NCBI GenBank assembly: GCA_044426515.1
Contig: JAUGSS010000062.1
Span: 5,523-69,522 of the forward strand
Direction: 5' to 3'
From: Methylococcaceae bacterium
GTDB taxonomy: Bacteria > Pseudomonadota > Gammaproteobacteria > Methylococcales > Methylomonadaceae
Length of the DNA stretch: 64,000 bases
Shown here in pieces: positions 29,551 through 39,746 of the stretch. How positions within the stretch are numbered: the first letter of the stretch is position 1; each line of letters begins with the position of its first letter. A model generated the notes under the pieces. The model had not been told where the DNA came from. It did not search any database and saw nothing but the letters and a program-made list of their open reading frames with translations. The position numbers were made by a program, and so were the translations under genes.

Positions 29551-30908
29551 ACGGATCGCGCGTTCTGGTAGCCGACGATGAGCCCAATGCGCGGCGGATT
29601 CTGGAAATTTTATTGCGTAAACTGGGTTGTGAGGTATCCTCCGCGGCTGACGGCAAAGCAGCGCTGGAAATAGTGCACAAAACCGCTATCGATTTATTGA
29701 TCACCGATCTTAATATGCCCGGCATGAGCGGTTTGGAGTTGCTGGCCGCCCTGCGTAGCCATGGTCATACTTTTCCGGTGATTGTCGTGACCGCCTACGG
29801 TACCGTTGAAAATGCGGTTGCGGCGATGAAACAGGGCGCTTTCGATTTTATTATCCGGCCATTGGATGTCGAACAAGTCAAAATAGTTGTTCGCCGCGCG
29901 CTTGAGGTGCATAGAGTCCATCAGGAAAACGTGTTCCTGCGCGATGAAATGAACAAAGATTGGGGCGAATTCGTCGGGCAATGCCCGGCTATGCAGAAAA
30001 TTTATGAGTTGATTAGACAAGCAGGCCCCAGTAAAGCCAGTATTTTTATTATCGGCGAAACCGGTACCGGAAAGGAGCTGGTTGCCCGAGCCATCCACAG
30101 CCATTCAGGCCGACGCGGCTTATTCGTGCCGATCAACTGCGCGGCCATTCCCGCCGATATTCTCGAAAGCGAGTTGTTCGGTTATGTGCGTGGAGCCTTC
30201 ACCGGCGCTCACAAGGACCGGATCGGCAAATTCGAATTGGCTCACGAAGGCACCTTGTTTCTCGATGAAATCACCGAAATGAATCCGTCCATTCAAGCCA
30301 AACTGCTGCGCGTACTCCAGGAAAGCCGTATTGATCGTCTGGGCAGTAATCAAAGTATTGAAGTCGATATCCGCATTATCGCCGCCACTAACCGCGATCC
30401 GCTGGGCGCGGTTCAGGCGGGCCGGTTGCGCGAAGACCTTTACTATCGCATCAATGTTTTAGGCATTCAATTGCCGCCTTTACGGGAACGGCGAGAGGAT
30501 ATTCCCTTATTGGCTCGCCATTTTCTTAAAAAATATCGGCGCTCGCTCGGCGGCGACTGCTTTACCTTATCGAATGAGGTAACTCAGGCATTAACGGCCT
30601 ACGCATGGCCGGGCAATGTACGCGAACTGGAAAACATGATGGAACGGGCGGTGGTTTTAAGCCAAGGCTTGGAGGTTGGCGTCAGGCATTTACCGCAGGA
30701 AATACTGGCAACGAAATTACCGGCAATAGCCAGTTCTGCCGTTGATGATGAAAATATGGATTTGGAAGCCGGCGTCGCAAAGCTGGAACAGAAGTTATTG
30801 AATAAAGCCCTTGCGGAATCTGCCGGCAACAAAGCCAAAGCTGCGCGCCTGCTAAAAATCAGTGAACGCACGCTTTGGTATAAGCTCAAGAAATATGGAT
30901 TAACTTAA
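29544..30908 (+). CDS. NtrC/AtoC-family sigma54-dependent response regulator
   Basis: receiver (VADD, ITDLNMP), GETGTGKE, ESELFGYVRGAFTGA, WPGNVREL, Fis-type HTH. Confidence 0.95.
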   Translation: MLNGSRVLVADDEPNARRILEILLRKLGCEVSSAADGKAALEIVHKTAIDLLITDLNMPGMSGLELLAALRSHGHTFPVIVVTAYGTVENAVAAMKQGAFDFIIRPLDVEQVKIVVRRALEVHRVHQENVFLRDEMNKDWGEFVGQCPAMQKIYELIRQAGPSKASIFIIGETGTGKELVARAIHSHSGRRGLFVPINCAAIPADILESELFGYVRGAFTGAHKDRIGKFELAHEGTLFLDEITEMNPSIQAKLLRVLQESRIDRLGSNQSIEVDIRIIAATNRDPLGAVQAGRLREDLYYRINVLGIQLPPLRERREDIPLLARHFLKKYRRSLGGDCFTLSNEVTQALTAYAWPGNVRELENMMERAVVLSQGLEVGVRHLPQEILATKLPAIASSAVDDENMDLEAGVAKLEQKLLNKALAESAGNKAKAARLLKISERTLWYKLKKYGLT

Positions 30909-31013
30909 AAACTTCAACTGGAGCATTGCAAAATTGTAAGCTAGGGGAGCGGCTATCGCCTGGTCAGCCCGCTGCAATTTACGCTCGTTCCCAAGCTGCC
31001 CAGTATTTTTATC

Positions 31014-31493
31014 CTAATCCCACTTCATAACCGGTACAGATGAAATAGAATTCTTCGGGGAACCTTCAACCACTTTGTCGCTGTAAGCCAGATAAACCAG
31101 AACATTACGTTTCTTGTCATAGAAACGCACCACTTGCAGGCTCTTGAAAATCAGCGACAGATTTTCTTTAAACACCACCTCGCCGCTTTTCAATTTATCC
31201 AGTTTAGCCATGTCAATTGCGCCTATTTGCCGACATGCAATTGATGCCTCCGTTGGGTCTTCGGCCAAACCCACTGCGCCCTTTATGCCGCCTGTTTTAG
31301 CACGCGATACATGGCAACTAACGCCCGGAACATCAGGGTCGTCAAAGGCTTCAATCACAATTTTATGATTGGCTCCCAACAGCTTAAATGCCGTGCTTAC
31401 CTCACCGATTTCTTCGGCTGACACCGTAACGGACAATATGCTGAGTACTATTGTTGTAGCGAACAAGATTTGCTTTTTCATAAATTTATCCAT
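31014..31493 (-). CDS. creA: CreA family protein
   Basis: [48 protein letters not shown]. Confidence 0.9.
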   Translation of the reverse strand: MDKFMKKQILFATTIVLSILSVTVSAEEIGEVSTAFKLLGANHKIVIEAFDDPDVPGVSCHVSRAKTGGIKGAVGLAEDPTEASIACRQIGAIDMAKLDKLKSGEVVFKENLSLIFKSLQVVRFYDKKRNVLVYLAYSDKVVEGSPKNSISSVPVMKWD

Positions 31494-31929
31494 CTGTTAA
31501 AAATGATACTGCCTTTGTTACCCCAACTTATACCTTATGTACTTCCTTGCAGTACGGCTCTGCACTCATGTTTGGTCGAGGGCCGGGATCTAAAGAAGTC
31601 TACAGGCCTTTATTTTCAGTAGATGTAAAAATAAAAAACTACTGTATAAAGTTACCGCACATTATCCGCATGACTCCGATTTTACCACAGAAAACGGGTT
31701 GGACGACGGTAGCAATTGCGTGAAGTCGCAGCCATGAGATACAAGAGCAAATAGTTTATCGACAGCACCGGCTTCCTTGGCTGAGCGTGGGCATTTACTT
31801 TCTCTTTTGAATTCAATGAGTATACGTTAGTGTGATTTGCAAATGACAGTCACTATTTCCGGATAGGTTTATCATTAAGTTTTGTGCAGCTTTAGCGAAT
31901 TTCAGTCGATCACGACAGCCTCGAACCAG

Positions 31930-33288
31930 TCAACATAGTTTGCTCAATTTACTGTTTAAGATACCAGCCGCTACGATGATTGGCGATAGAACCGGACTGA
32001 AGGGGGGCGAGTAAGCAAGGTCCGCGTTTTCAAGATCGGAGCAAGTCAGCTTGCCCAGTAACGCCGTAGCGGCGATATCGATCATTTTATCGACGCCCTC
32101 AAGACCAACCGCCTGAGCACCCAATAGCCTGCCATCTTTTCGATCGGCGATCAGTTTTAACGAAAAACCTTGTTTGCCGGGATAATAGCGCGCCCGGTCA
32201 CTGCCTTCCGTTACAATCGAAATGGGATCAAGCCCCGATTCCAACGCGGATTGCTCGGATAAGCCGGTCATTGCGACGGTCAATTTAAAGGTCTTGAAGA
32301 TTGCCGTTCCAAAAACGCCGGGGAAATGGGCGTCTCCCCCGGCAACGTTTTCCCCGGCAACACGGCCTTGTAAATTGGCGATATCACCCAAAGGCATCCA
32401 TGTTGTTGCGCCTGTGATTCGGTTGACGGTTTCACAACAATCGCCGGCGGCATAAATACCCGGTATGTTGGTGGCCATTCTTGAATCAACCGCAATGGCT
32501 CCGGTGATCCCGAGTTCAATGCCGGCCTCTTTAGCCAGTTCCACATTAGGTTTCACGCCAATGGCTATTACAACGAGGTCGGCAGGTATTATTTTCCCGC
32601 ATTCCGTCTCAACGGAAGTTATCTGGCCATTGTTGCCGTTAAGTTTGACTAAACCGTCACCCAGTATTATTTCAACCTGGTTTTCCAGCAAATGCTCATG
32701 TACGAGTTGAGCCATTTCCAGATCGAATTTAGGCAGAATACGGGGTGCCTTTTCGATGATGGTGGTTCTGATATTCAGCTCATGGAAAGTCTCGGCCAGT
32801 TCCAGGCCGATATAACCGGCCCCTATAATGACTGCCTTTTGCGGCTGCACCGTGCTTAACAATGTTTTGAATCGTGCCAGATCAGTGATATTGCGTAAAG
32901 TCAAAACACCTTTCAGTGTTATTCCTTCAATATTCGGCACTATCGGACGAGCGCCGGTCGCAATAATCAAGCTATCATAGCTAACGATAAAATCCGTATT
33001 GTCTTGCAGGTTCCTGACGGTGAGCTGTTGTTTGCCGGTATCGATGCCGATCACGCGGTGCCGGATAAAAACCCGGATACCTTCTTTAGCAAAATCTTCA
33101 GGCTGCCTGATGATGACTTTCCGTTCATCGGCAATCACACCGCTGATGACATAAGGCAGTCCGCAAGCGGAGTAGGACACTTCGGATTCATCCTGGTAAA
33201 GGATGATTTCATTATTCGGGGCGACCCGATGCGCTTTTGCGGCTGCTTTTGTACCTGCTGCGACACCGCCTATGACGATGATTCTCAT
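31930..33288 (-). CDS. CoA-disulfide reductase/NADH oxidase-family flavoprotein (single redox Cys); candidate CoM-disulfide reductase
   Basis: GGVAAG, SYSACGLPY, GAGYIGLE, YAAGDC, DLAYSPPFS. Confidence 0.85.
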   Translation of the reverse strand: MRIIVIGGVAAGTKAAAKAHRVAPNNEIILYQDESEVSYSACGLPYVISGVIADERKVIIRQPEDFAKEGIRVFIRHRVIGIDTGKQQLTVRNLQDNTDFIVSYDSLIIATGARPIVPNIEGITLKGVLTLRNITDLARFKTLLSTVQPQKAVIIGAGYIGLELAETFHELNIRTTIIEKAPRILPKFDLEMAQLVHEHLLENQVEIILGDGLVKLNGNNGQITSVETECGKIIPADLVVIAIGVKPNVELAKEAGIELGITGAIAVDSRMATNIPGIYAAGDCCETVNRITGATTWMPLGDIANLQGRVAGENVAGGDAHFPGVFGTAIFKTFKLTVAMTGLSEQSALESGLDPISIVTEGSDRARYYPGKQGFSLKLIADRKDGRLLGAQAVGLEGVDKMIDIAATALLGKLTCSDLENADLAYSPPFSPVLSPIIVAAGILNSKLSKLC

Positions 33289-34343
33289 ATATTCCCCTGT
33301 TGTTCAATCGCGGTTGGACTGGAATTCAACCAGTTGCCATTCCCGGCAAAAAACGCCGGTTCGCCTCCGGTATGCACAAAAATTATTTTTTTGTGTTGTT
33401 CAAACTGTTTATTTCTAAGCCCATGCAGGAATCCAGCCATTGCTTTACCGGTATAGACAGGGTCAAGCAAAATACTTTCGCTACGGCCGATCAGTTTAAT
33501 CGCTTCGGCGGCTTCCGGGCTTGGGATACCGTAACCTTGTCCGATAAATCCGCCAAAGACGGGGGCGTCTTCGGCGCAAAAAGTCCAATCCAGTTTCAAT
33601 AAGGCTGCGGCTTGGGTAGCCAAATCGGCAACTTGTCGGCTGACCTGTTCCGGCTCCCGGCTGACGGTGTAGCAGAGCATTTTCCAGGGCAGGTTCAACA
33701 GCCTGATGCCCAGCAGCCAACCCGCATAGGTTCCGCCGGAGCCCACTGCCAGTATGATCGCATCAGGCTCTACACCTTGGCTGAGGCATTGCTGATAAAG
33801 CTCGAAAACAGCCAGCACATGCCCCAAAACACCCATCGCGCAAGCGCCTCCGCGTGGAATTTCATAAGGCCTATGGCCCTGTTCGCGTAATTTAGCCGCA
33901 ACCAAGTGAATGTGGGTATCGACCGACGTCCTGTCATCGTCATCGGTAAAATGGAATTGGGCATTCAACATGCTGGTGAGGCGATAATTTCCGTCCATCA
34001 CCGCAGGCGGCTTTCCCCAGTAAACCGCCGTACAACGCAGTCCGGCATGAGCCGCGGTAGCCGCTGTCGCCCGGACATGATTGGACTGCACGCCGGCGCC
34101 GGTTATCAGGCAATCGGCGTTCAAAGCCAAGGCCTCGGCCAGCATCACTTCCAAACCGCGTATTTTATTGCCGCCCAAACCGAAACTGATCAGATCGTCA
34201 CGCTTAAACCAGAGTTCGGTATTTCCAAGCGTTTCCGTCAACCGGTTCGCCCGCATCAGCGGAGTTGGATAATGGGCGAGAATGTGCCGGGGTATTTGAC
34301 CGGCAACACGTTCGATAACGGGATGTTGGCTTGGTGTATTCAT
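33285..34343 (-). CDS. PLP-dependent D-cysteine desulfhydrase/ACC deaminase-family enzyme; XcbE-like CoM biosynthesis lyase
   Basis: KRDD...GGNKIRGLE, QSNHVR, GSGGT, LDPVYTGKA, HTGG; located in the comA cluster; start placed at ATG 34343. Confidence 0.85.
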   Translation of the reverse strand: MNTPSQHPVIERVAGQIPRHILAHYPTPLMRANRLTETLGNTELWFKRDDLISFGLGGNKIRGLEVMLAEALALNADCLITGAGVQSNHVRATAATAAHAGLRCTAVYWGKPPAVMDGNYRLTSMLNAQFHFTDDDDRTSVDTHIHLVAAKLREQGHRPYEIPRGGACAMGVLGHVLAVFELYQQCLSQGVEPDAIILAVGSGGTYAGWLLGIRLLNLPWKMLCYTVSREPEQVSRQVADLATQAAALLKLDWTFCAEDAPVFGGFIGQGYGIPSPEAAEAIKLIGRSESILLDPVYTGKAMAGFLHGLRNKQFEQHKKIIFVHTGGEPAFFAGNGNWLNSSPTAIEQQGNI

Positions 34344-34356
34344 GACAATCAGCTCT

Positions 34357-35724
34357 TCAAGGTAAAGGTATTTGTGCAATGACTTGCTCAACCATGGCCG
34401 CGCAAACTCCAGCGCCTTGTTCGGGATTGAACAGCGTCTCTATCTCGTCATGAGTCAGAATAGCGCCGATTTGCGGGTTATTGAGAAGCGCCTGCTTAAG
34501 ATGCAGCCCTTCGCTCTGGGCTTGCATGGTCAGATCGTAGACAAGCTGATGCGCGCTTTGCTTGCCCAGTGTCTTCGCGAGAACCAGCATCACCGCCTCG
34601 GCATGGATAAAACCTTGGGTCGCCAGGATATTGGCGCGCATCCGCTGCGGATTAACCTGCAAATCCTTGAGCAGCAGCTTGAGCAACGCCAGGGATTTAC
34701 CGGCCGCTAGCGTCGCATCGGGAATAATGACCCATTCGCCTTTCCATGAGCGTCCGTCCCGTTCATGGCTGTGGACGAGATTTTCAGCCATGTGCGCGGC
34801 GTGATGCCTGACCACCCGCGACAAGGTGCCGAGATGCTCGGAAATTTCCGGATTGCGTTTTTGCGGCATGGTGATACTGCCCACCGCTCCGCTGACCTTA
34901 CCTTCACTCAACTCGCCGATTTCAGGCCGTTGCAGATTGACGATTTCCTGGCCGATACGATCTCCCGTGGAAGTGATCATTGCCAAAACATTCAGCCATT
35001 CGGCATAGCGGTCGCGGGTGCTGGTCCAGGAGATAGTCGGCGCATTCAGCCCCAAACGCTGCAACACGGTAAGTTGCAAGGCCAGCGCGTCAGGCCCCAA
35101 GGACGACAGGCTGCCGACGCCGCCGCAAAGTTGGCCGACATTAAGGCGTGATTTAAGCTCAGTTAAACGTTGGCGATGACGCTCCAGTTCGTCCAGCCAA
35201 GCGGCGGCTTTAAAGCCGAAGGTTATCAATAAACCGGGTTGACCATGCGTGCGTCCGCACATTACGGTTTGTCGATGCAAGTAGGCCAGATCAACCAGAA
35301 CCCGCTCTATTTCGATAATTTGCGCTAAAAAGTGCTCATGTACTTTCAGTAAGGTGCGGACGGTATGGGTATCGGTAATATCCTGCACGGTTACGCCATA
35401 ACAGAGCCATTCGCCGCCCGTGGCTTCGCAGCGCTGCTTGAATGCATTGATCAGGCCCATCAGGGAATGATTGGTTTTTACAAAGCCTTCGGCCGCTTCC
35501 TTTAAAAAAGTGTCATCTATATCGATATTTTCGTAAGCCCATCTAATCTCTGTCGCGGCTTGCGCCGGAATCAAACCGAATTCGGCTTGCACCTCTGCAA
35601 GTACGGTCATGACTTCAAGCCAGCCTTTGATTCTGTTTTGCTCGGTAAATAAAGGGCGCAACTCAGGGTCGACCCAGGACGAGCCGTAAATCGTCGAATC
35701 ATTGATATGGACTGAATCAAGCAT
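34357..35724 (-). CDS. adenylosuccinate lyase-like enzyme; XcbD-like CoM biosynthesis
   Basis: GVTVQDITDT, GRTHGQ, GSITMPQKRNP, HERD; divergent from housekeeping PurB; comA cluster context. Confidence 0.85.
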   Translation of the reverse strand: MLDSVHINDSTIYGSSWVDPELRPLFTEQNRIKGWLEVMTVLAEVQAEFGLIPAQAATEIRWAYENIDIDDTFLKEAAEGFVKTNHSLMGLINAFKQRCEATGGEWLCYGVTVQDITDTHTVRTLLKVHEHFLAQIIEIERVLVDLAYLHRQTVMCGRTHGQPGLLITFGFKAAAWLDELERHRQRLTELKSRLNVGQLCGGVGSLSSLGPDALALQLTVLQRLGLNAPTISWTSTRDRYAEWLNVLAMITSTGDRIGQEIVNLQRPEIGELSEGKVSGAVGSITMPQKRNPEISEHLGTLSRVVRHHAAHMAENLVHSHERDGRSWKGEWVIIPDATLAAGKSLALLKLLLKDLQVNPQRMRANILATQGFIHAEAVMLVLAKTLGKQSAHQLVYDLTMQAQSEGLHLKQALLNNPQIGAILTHDEIETLFNPEQGAGVCAAMVEQVIAQIPLP

Positions 35725-35727
35725 AAT

Positions 35728-37317
35728 TTAGCCTTGCTTAATCAAGTCGGCCGCCTTTTCCGCGATCATGATGACCGGGGCGTTGGTGTTGCCGCTGACC
35801 ATGCTAGGCATAATGGACGCGTCGACCACGCGAAGGCCGTTGACGCCATTGACCCGTAGCGCCGGGTCAACCACCGCCGTTGCATCGGTTCCCATTCGGC
35901 AGGTCGAGGTCGGATGCCAGGTGGTCGATGCCGTGCGCCGTACGAAATCCTCTAAGCCCGCGTTGTCGCGGACAGTGATGCCCGGCGACAGCTCAACGCC
36001 TCTGATGTCGTCAAAAGGATGCCCGTGCAAAATTTTAAGATTCCAGCGTACACCTTCCACCAGACAGCGAAGATCGTCCGGATCGCTGAAATAACAAGGA
36101 TCGATACGCGGACGATCCAACGGATCGGCGGAGCACAGCGTTATCTCGCCGGTACTGCGCGGCCTGTTGACATAAGCGGTCAGGGCTATGCCGTGACGGT
36201 TCGACGATCCGGCTTCAGGATACTCGGGCGTTAAATTGCCGAATAAAAACAATTGCAGGTCGGGATGAGTCACATCGGGACGGCTGTTGACAAAGGCGCC
36301 CACTTCCAGAAAATTCGAAGCCAAAGGGCCTGTTTTGGCGGATTCGTAAGCGCGCGCGGCCGCCGCTTTATCGCCGTCCGGCAGCGGCGCAAAAGTTAAG
36401 GGCTGGGTCAGTTCGCAACGCACTCGGGCATGAATATGATCTTGCAGGTTCTTGCCGACTTCGGGCAGATCCATGCGCACGCCGATGCCGAGTTTTTCAA
36501 GCTCCGAAGCCGGTCCCAAACCTGATAGCATCAGTAGTTGCGGCGAGCGGAAAGCCCCAGAGGATAAGATAACTTCGGCATCGGCATGAGCTTGTTCGGT
36601 AATGCCGAAACGCAGATATTGCACGCTGGTCACCCGGTTATCGGTGAACAGCAGTTTTGTAGCTTGCGCATGGCTGATAACGGTGAGGTTCGGGCGAGTT
36701 CGGGCCGGATGCAGATAGGCGGCAGCGGCACTGCTTCGTGAACCGCCTGTAATATTTCTTTGCAAAGGTCCGCAGCCCTCCTGCCGTTCGCCGTTAGCGT
36801 CCGCGTTGAAAGCAATACCCGCTTCTTGCGCGGCCGCGAGATAACGCTCGGACACCGGGCTTAATTTCGGGTGACTGGAAACCGCCAGCGGTCCCGAACG
36901 GCCGTGATAACGGTCGGCGAAGGTGTCATTCGTTTCCGACTTGATGAAGTAAGGCAGCACGTCGTCATAACTCCAGCCGGTGTTGCCAAGGCTCGCCCAA
37001 TGATCGTAATCGTTGCGATGGCCGCGTATATAAATCATGTAATTGATCGAACTTGAGCCGCCCAGAACTTTTCCTTGCGGGATATAAATGCGGCGGCCGT
37101 TCATATGTTGTTGCGGCACCGTCCGGTCGCTCCAATCGTAGGCGCTGTCCTGCAATTGCGAAAACAATGCCGGGGTGCGGATAGTCGCGGCATCGTCTTC
37201 GCCGCCCGCCTCAAGCAGTAAAACCCGGCAATTTGAATCTTCGCTGAGCCGATTGGCAAGGACGCAACCGGCTGAGCCGGCGCCAACGATGATATAGTCA
37301 AAGGTCGATTTGGACAT
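35728..37317 (-). CDS. GMC oxidoreductase (choline dehydrogenase-like)
   Basis: VGAGSAGCVLANRL, GKVLGGSSSINYMIY, VGKNLQDH, WHPTSTCRMG, GNTNAP. Confidence 0.92.
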   Translation of the reverse strand: MSKSTFDYIIVGAGSAGCVLANRLSEDSNCRVLLLEAGGEDDAATIRTPALFSQLQDSAYDWSDRTVPQQHMNGRRIYIPQGKVLGGSSSINYMIYIRGHRNDYDHWASLGNTGWSYDDVLPYFIKSETNDTFADRYHGRSGPLAVSSHPKLSPVSERYLAAAQEAGIAFNADANGERQEGCGPLQRNITGGSRSSAAAAYLHPARTRPNLTVISHAQATKLLFTDNRVTSVQYLRFGITEQAHADAEVILSSGAFRSPQLLMLSGLGPASELEKLGIGVRMDLPEVGKNLQDHIHARVRCELTQPLTFAPLPDGDKAAAARAYESAKTGPLASNFLEVGAFVNSRPDVTHPDLQLFLFGNLTPEYPEAGSSNRHGIALTAYVNRPRSTGEITLCSADPLDRPRIDPCYFSDPDDLRCLVEGVRWNLKILHGHPFDDIRGVELSPGITVRDNAGLEDFVRRTASTTWHPTSTCRMGTDATAVVDPALRVNGVNGLRVVDASIMPSMVSGNTNAPVIMIAEKAADLIKQG

Positions 37318-37359
37318 TGTTTAATTCCTTATACTTGAAGTAAGAATTACTGTTTATCA

Positions 37360-38874
37360 TTAGCCAACCGCCTTTATTGCGCGTTCCAGTAGATCGCGTT
37401 GCTTGGCTGCAAAATAAATTTTATTGGCCTGGTTTTTTTGATGATGTTTTGCCAGTTGTTCACGGCATTCATTGATCATTGTATTCATGCAGTCCATCGC
37501 GGTGCCGCCCGGCTGTGTTCGTGCTTGCAGGGCTAGGCCGGCATCCAAGGCGGCTTTAAACTGTTGTTCAGTCAGTGCGATAGAACGGCCAAGCACTTTA
37601 ACGGCGGATTGCATTAAGTTTTCATAATCAAGCTCCTGTATGCTTTTACCCCGATATTCGCTAGCCAGAAAAGCCACTAAATGATGCGCGCTCCTAAAAT
37701 CCAGCCCGCATTCCAACACCAGCGATTCGGCCAGATCGGTCGCCATGATCCAGCCGGAATTCACCAAGGCTTCGCCTCGGTCGGTATTGAAACTGATCTC
37801 CTGCAACACTTCCGTCATTAATGCCGCGGCATCGTTCACGGTTTGCAGGGCTTCGGGCAGATCGCCGTAGATCAACAATCTATTGTCGGGTTGGCCGGAA
37901 GGCGTTCTGGCGGTTGCCGTGACCGAAGTTAACAGCCCGATCATTTTGTTGGCGACGCCGCGGATATGCGTTAACGCAAACGGGTTCTTTTTTTGCGGCA
38001 TGATTTTACTGGCGCGGGCATGGCTATCGTCCAACTCGACCAGGGCAAACTCCTGGGTGCTGTAGACTTGTAAATCCTCCGCCAGACGGCTGAGATTAAT
38101 ACTGCACGTCGTCAATATCGACGCGGTTTCGATGAACAAATCCGCTTGCCACATCGCGTCGCGGGCATGGGCAATCAAACCGTTGAAGCCCAATAAATCC
38201 GCTAACCGATGCCGTCCCTGCAACAACCGTGAGCCATTGGTGCTGCCGCAACCCATCGGGCTAAGATTAAGCCGGGTCAACAAGGTTTCCAGCCGGTCCA
38301 GATCGCGCAATAACGGATAGGCGAAGCCCAATAAATAATGCCCGAACGTGGTCGGCTGTGCCGCCTGCAAGTAGGTATAATCCGGCATGAGGGACAGCCC
38401 GTGGCGTTTCGCTTGCTGAACCATCATCCGGCACAGGACTATCAGCGTTTCGGTGAATTCAAGCAGCAATTGCCGGGTAACAAGGATGAGCGCCGTGGTG
38501 ATTGCTTCCCGCCGGGCGCGGCCTGCGCCGAGCCAGCCCGTGGCGTCGGTTCGTTCCGCCAGCCAAGCCTCGCGGTTGGTATAAATATCGCCTCTGGCCG
38601 GTGACATCAAAAAAGTCTCGGGCCGGTTTTGCAGTTTTACTAGGTGCGCCAGTAATTCATAACCCTCCTTGGCCGGGATGGTATGTACTTCAATCGCGCA
38701 CAGCGTATGGGCAATATCAACGAGTCCCAAGGCCGCGAATAAATGGGTTTGATGGCTTAATTCGGCAGCGAACACGGCATTAATCAATCGCTCGGACGGT
38801 GCGCTTTTCAGCCTGCCGCCGATTTCCAGGACTTTTTCCTGTATTGATGCCGGCTGTTGCTTATCGTTAGGCAT
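37360..38874 (-). CDS. argininosuccinate lyase-like enzyme; XcbC-like CoM biosynthesis
   Basis: MPDYTYLQAAQPTTFGHY (canonical His replaced by Tyr), SKIMPQKKNP, ATDLAE, FRSAHHLV; directly downstream of comA. Confidence 0.85.
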   Translation of the reverse strand: MPNDKQQPASIQEKVLEIGGRLKSAPSERLINAVFAAELSHQTHLFAALGLVDIAHTLCAIEVHTIPAKEGYELLAHLVKLQNRPETFLMSPARGDIYTNREAWLAERTDATGWLGAGRARREAITTALILVTRQLLLEFTETLIVLCRMMVQQAKRHGLSLMPDYTYLQAAQPTTFGHYLLGFAYPLLRDLDRLETLLTRLNLSPMGCGSTNGSRLLQGRHRLADLLGFNGLIAHARDAMWQADLFIETASILTTCSINLSRLAEDLQVYSTQEFALVELDDSHARASKIMPQKKNPFALTHIRGVANKMIGLLTSVTATARTPSGQPDNRLLIYGDLPEALQTVNDAAALMTEVLQEISFNTDRGEALVNSGWIMATDLAESLVLECGLDFRSAHHLVAFLASEYRGKSIQELDYENLMQSAVKVLGRSIALTEQQFKAALDAGLALQARTQPGGTAMDCMNTMINECREQLAKHHQKNQANKIYFAAKQRDLLERAIKAVG

Positions 38875-39746
38875 TAGCGTCTACCGACCGGGTTAACGGA
38901 AGCACAGTTGCTTTCCACCTGATTAGGGTCCCAGACGCCGTCGCGCACCAGCTTGTCGCTAACGCGGTTCAGCGTGTCGAAACGCAAGCCGTTGCGCAAG
39001 GCTTCCAACGCGAGAACCTGATCCGTCGGAATATTGCCCAGTCCGGCATTGGCGCCAAACTTTTCGATAAAAAAGGCCTGTTGGGATTTGATAGGCGCTT
39101 CCCATATCAGCGCTTCCTGTTTGTCGCCTATCAGGTTGACGATCATGTCCACATCGAAATCGTCTACATTCCCTGCGTCATCGAAAACGCCCACGCCTTG
39201 ACCGCCTTCGCGCCCTTCCAGGATGACCCAAGCCGCGCCCCACTCAATATCCTCTAAAACCTCTTCCGCAACTTGATCCACCGTGGGCTGCCGTTTGGGA
39301 TCTTTCTTGCCGACTTCGGTGATCGGAATCAATCCGGCATTTAATGCGCATTCGATAATTTTCTTGCGCCTGAAACGAGGGATAGGCAAGGTTCCATCGG
39401 AAATTTCCACCGCGCTAAAGCCCAACTCCTTGGCATGGGTCATATAAACGCGGCAATGATGTTCCAGCAACGCGACCTCAAGCAAAGTGCCGCCGGGAAA
39501 AGTCAGGATGTTATGGGATGCCAGTAATTGCAGTTTTTCCTGCAACAAGGCTTTGTCCATGAATACAGAGGTGCCGAAACCGAACTTCCAGTGATCGATA
39601 TAACGGGACGCTATTTCCAGGATACTTTTGGTTTCCTCCAGGCTCTTGCCGACATCCATGACCATGGTGCAACCGGTCTTGCGAGGTTTTTCCGTCCGGG
39701 CATTCCGCTGGCCTTTTATAATATTTTCCCAGGCGCATTCAAACAT
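38874..39746 (-). CDS. comA: phosphosulfolactate synthase (ComA/XcbB)
   Basis: KPRKTGCTMVMD.G, KFGFGTS, PGGTLLEVA, VEISDG, TEVGKK, WEAPIKSQQ, LGNI...LEALRNGLRFDT. Confidence 0.93.
   Translation of the reverse strand: MFECAWENIIKGQRNARTEKPRKTGCTMVMDVGKSLEETKSILEIASRYIDHWKFGFGTSVFMDKALLQEKLQLLASHNILTFPGGTLLEVALLEHHCRVYMTHAKELGFSAVEISDGTLPIPRFRRKKIIECALNAGLIPITEVGKKDPKRQPTVDQVAEEVLEDIEWGAAWVILEGREGGQGVGVFDDAGNVDDFDVDMIVNLIGDKQEALIWEAPIKSQQAFFIEKFGANAGLGNIPTDQVLALEALRNGLRFDTLNRVSDKLVRDGVWDPNQVESNCASVNPVGRR

Noticed and set aside
31555-31735. Possible MITE with GGCT-starting imperfect inverted ends at the left island border
   Set aside because: The inverted repeat is weak, with no clear target duplication or second copy in the window.
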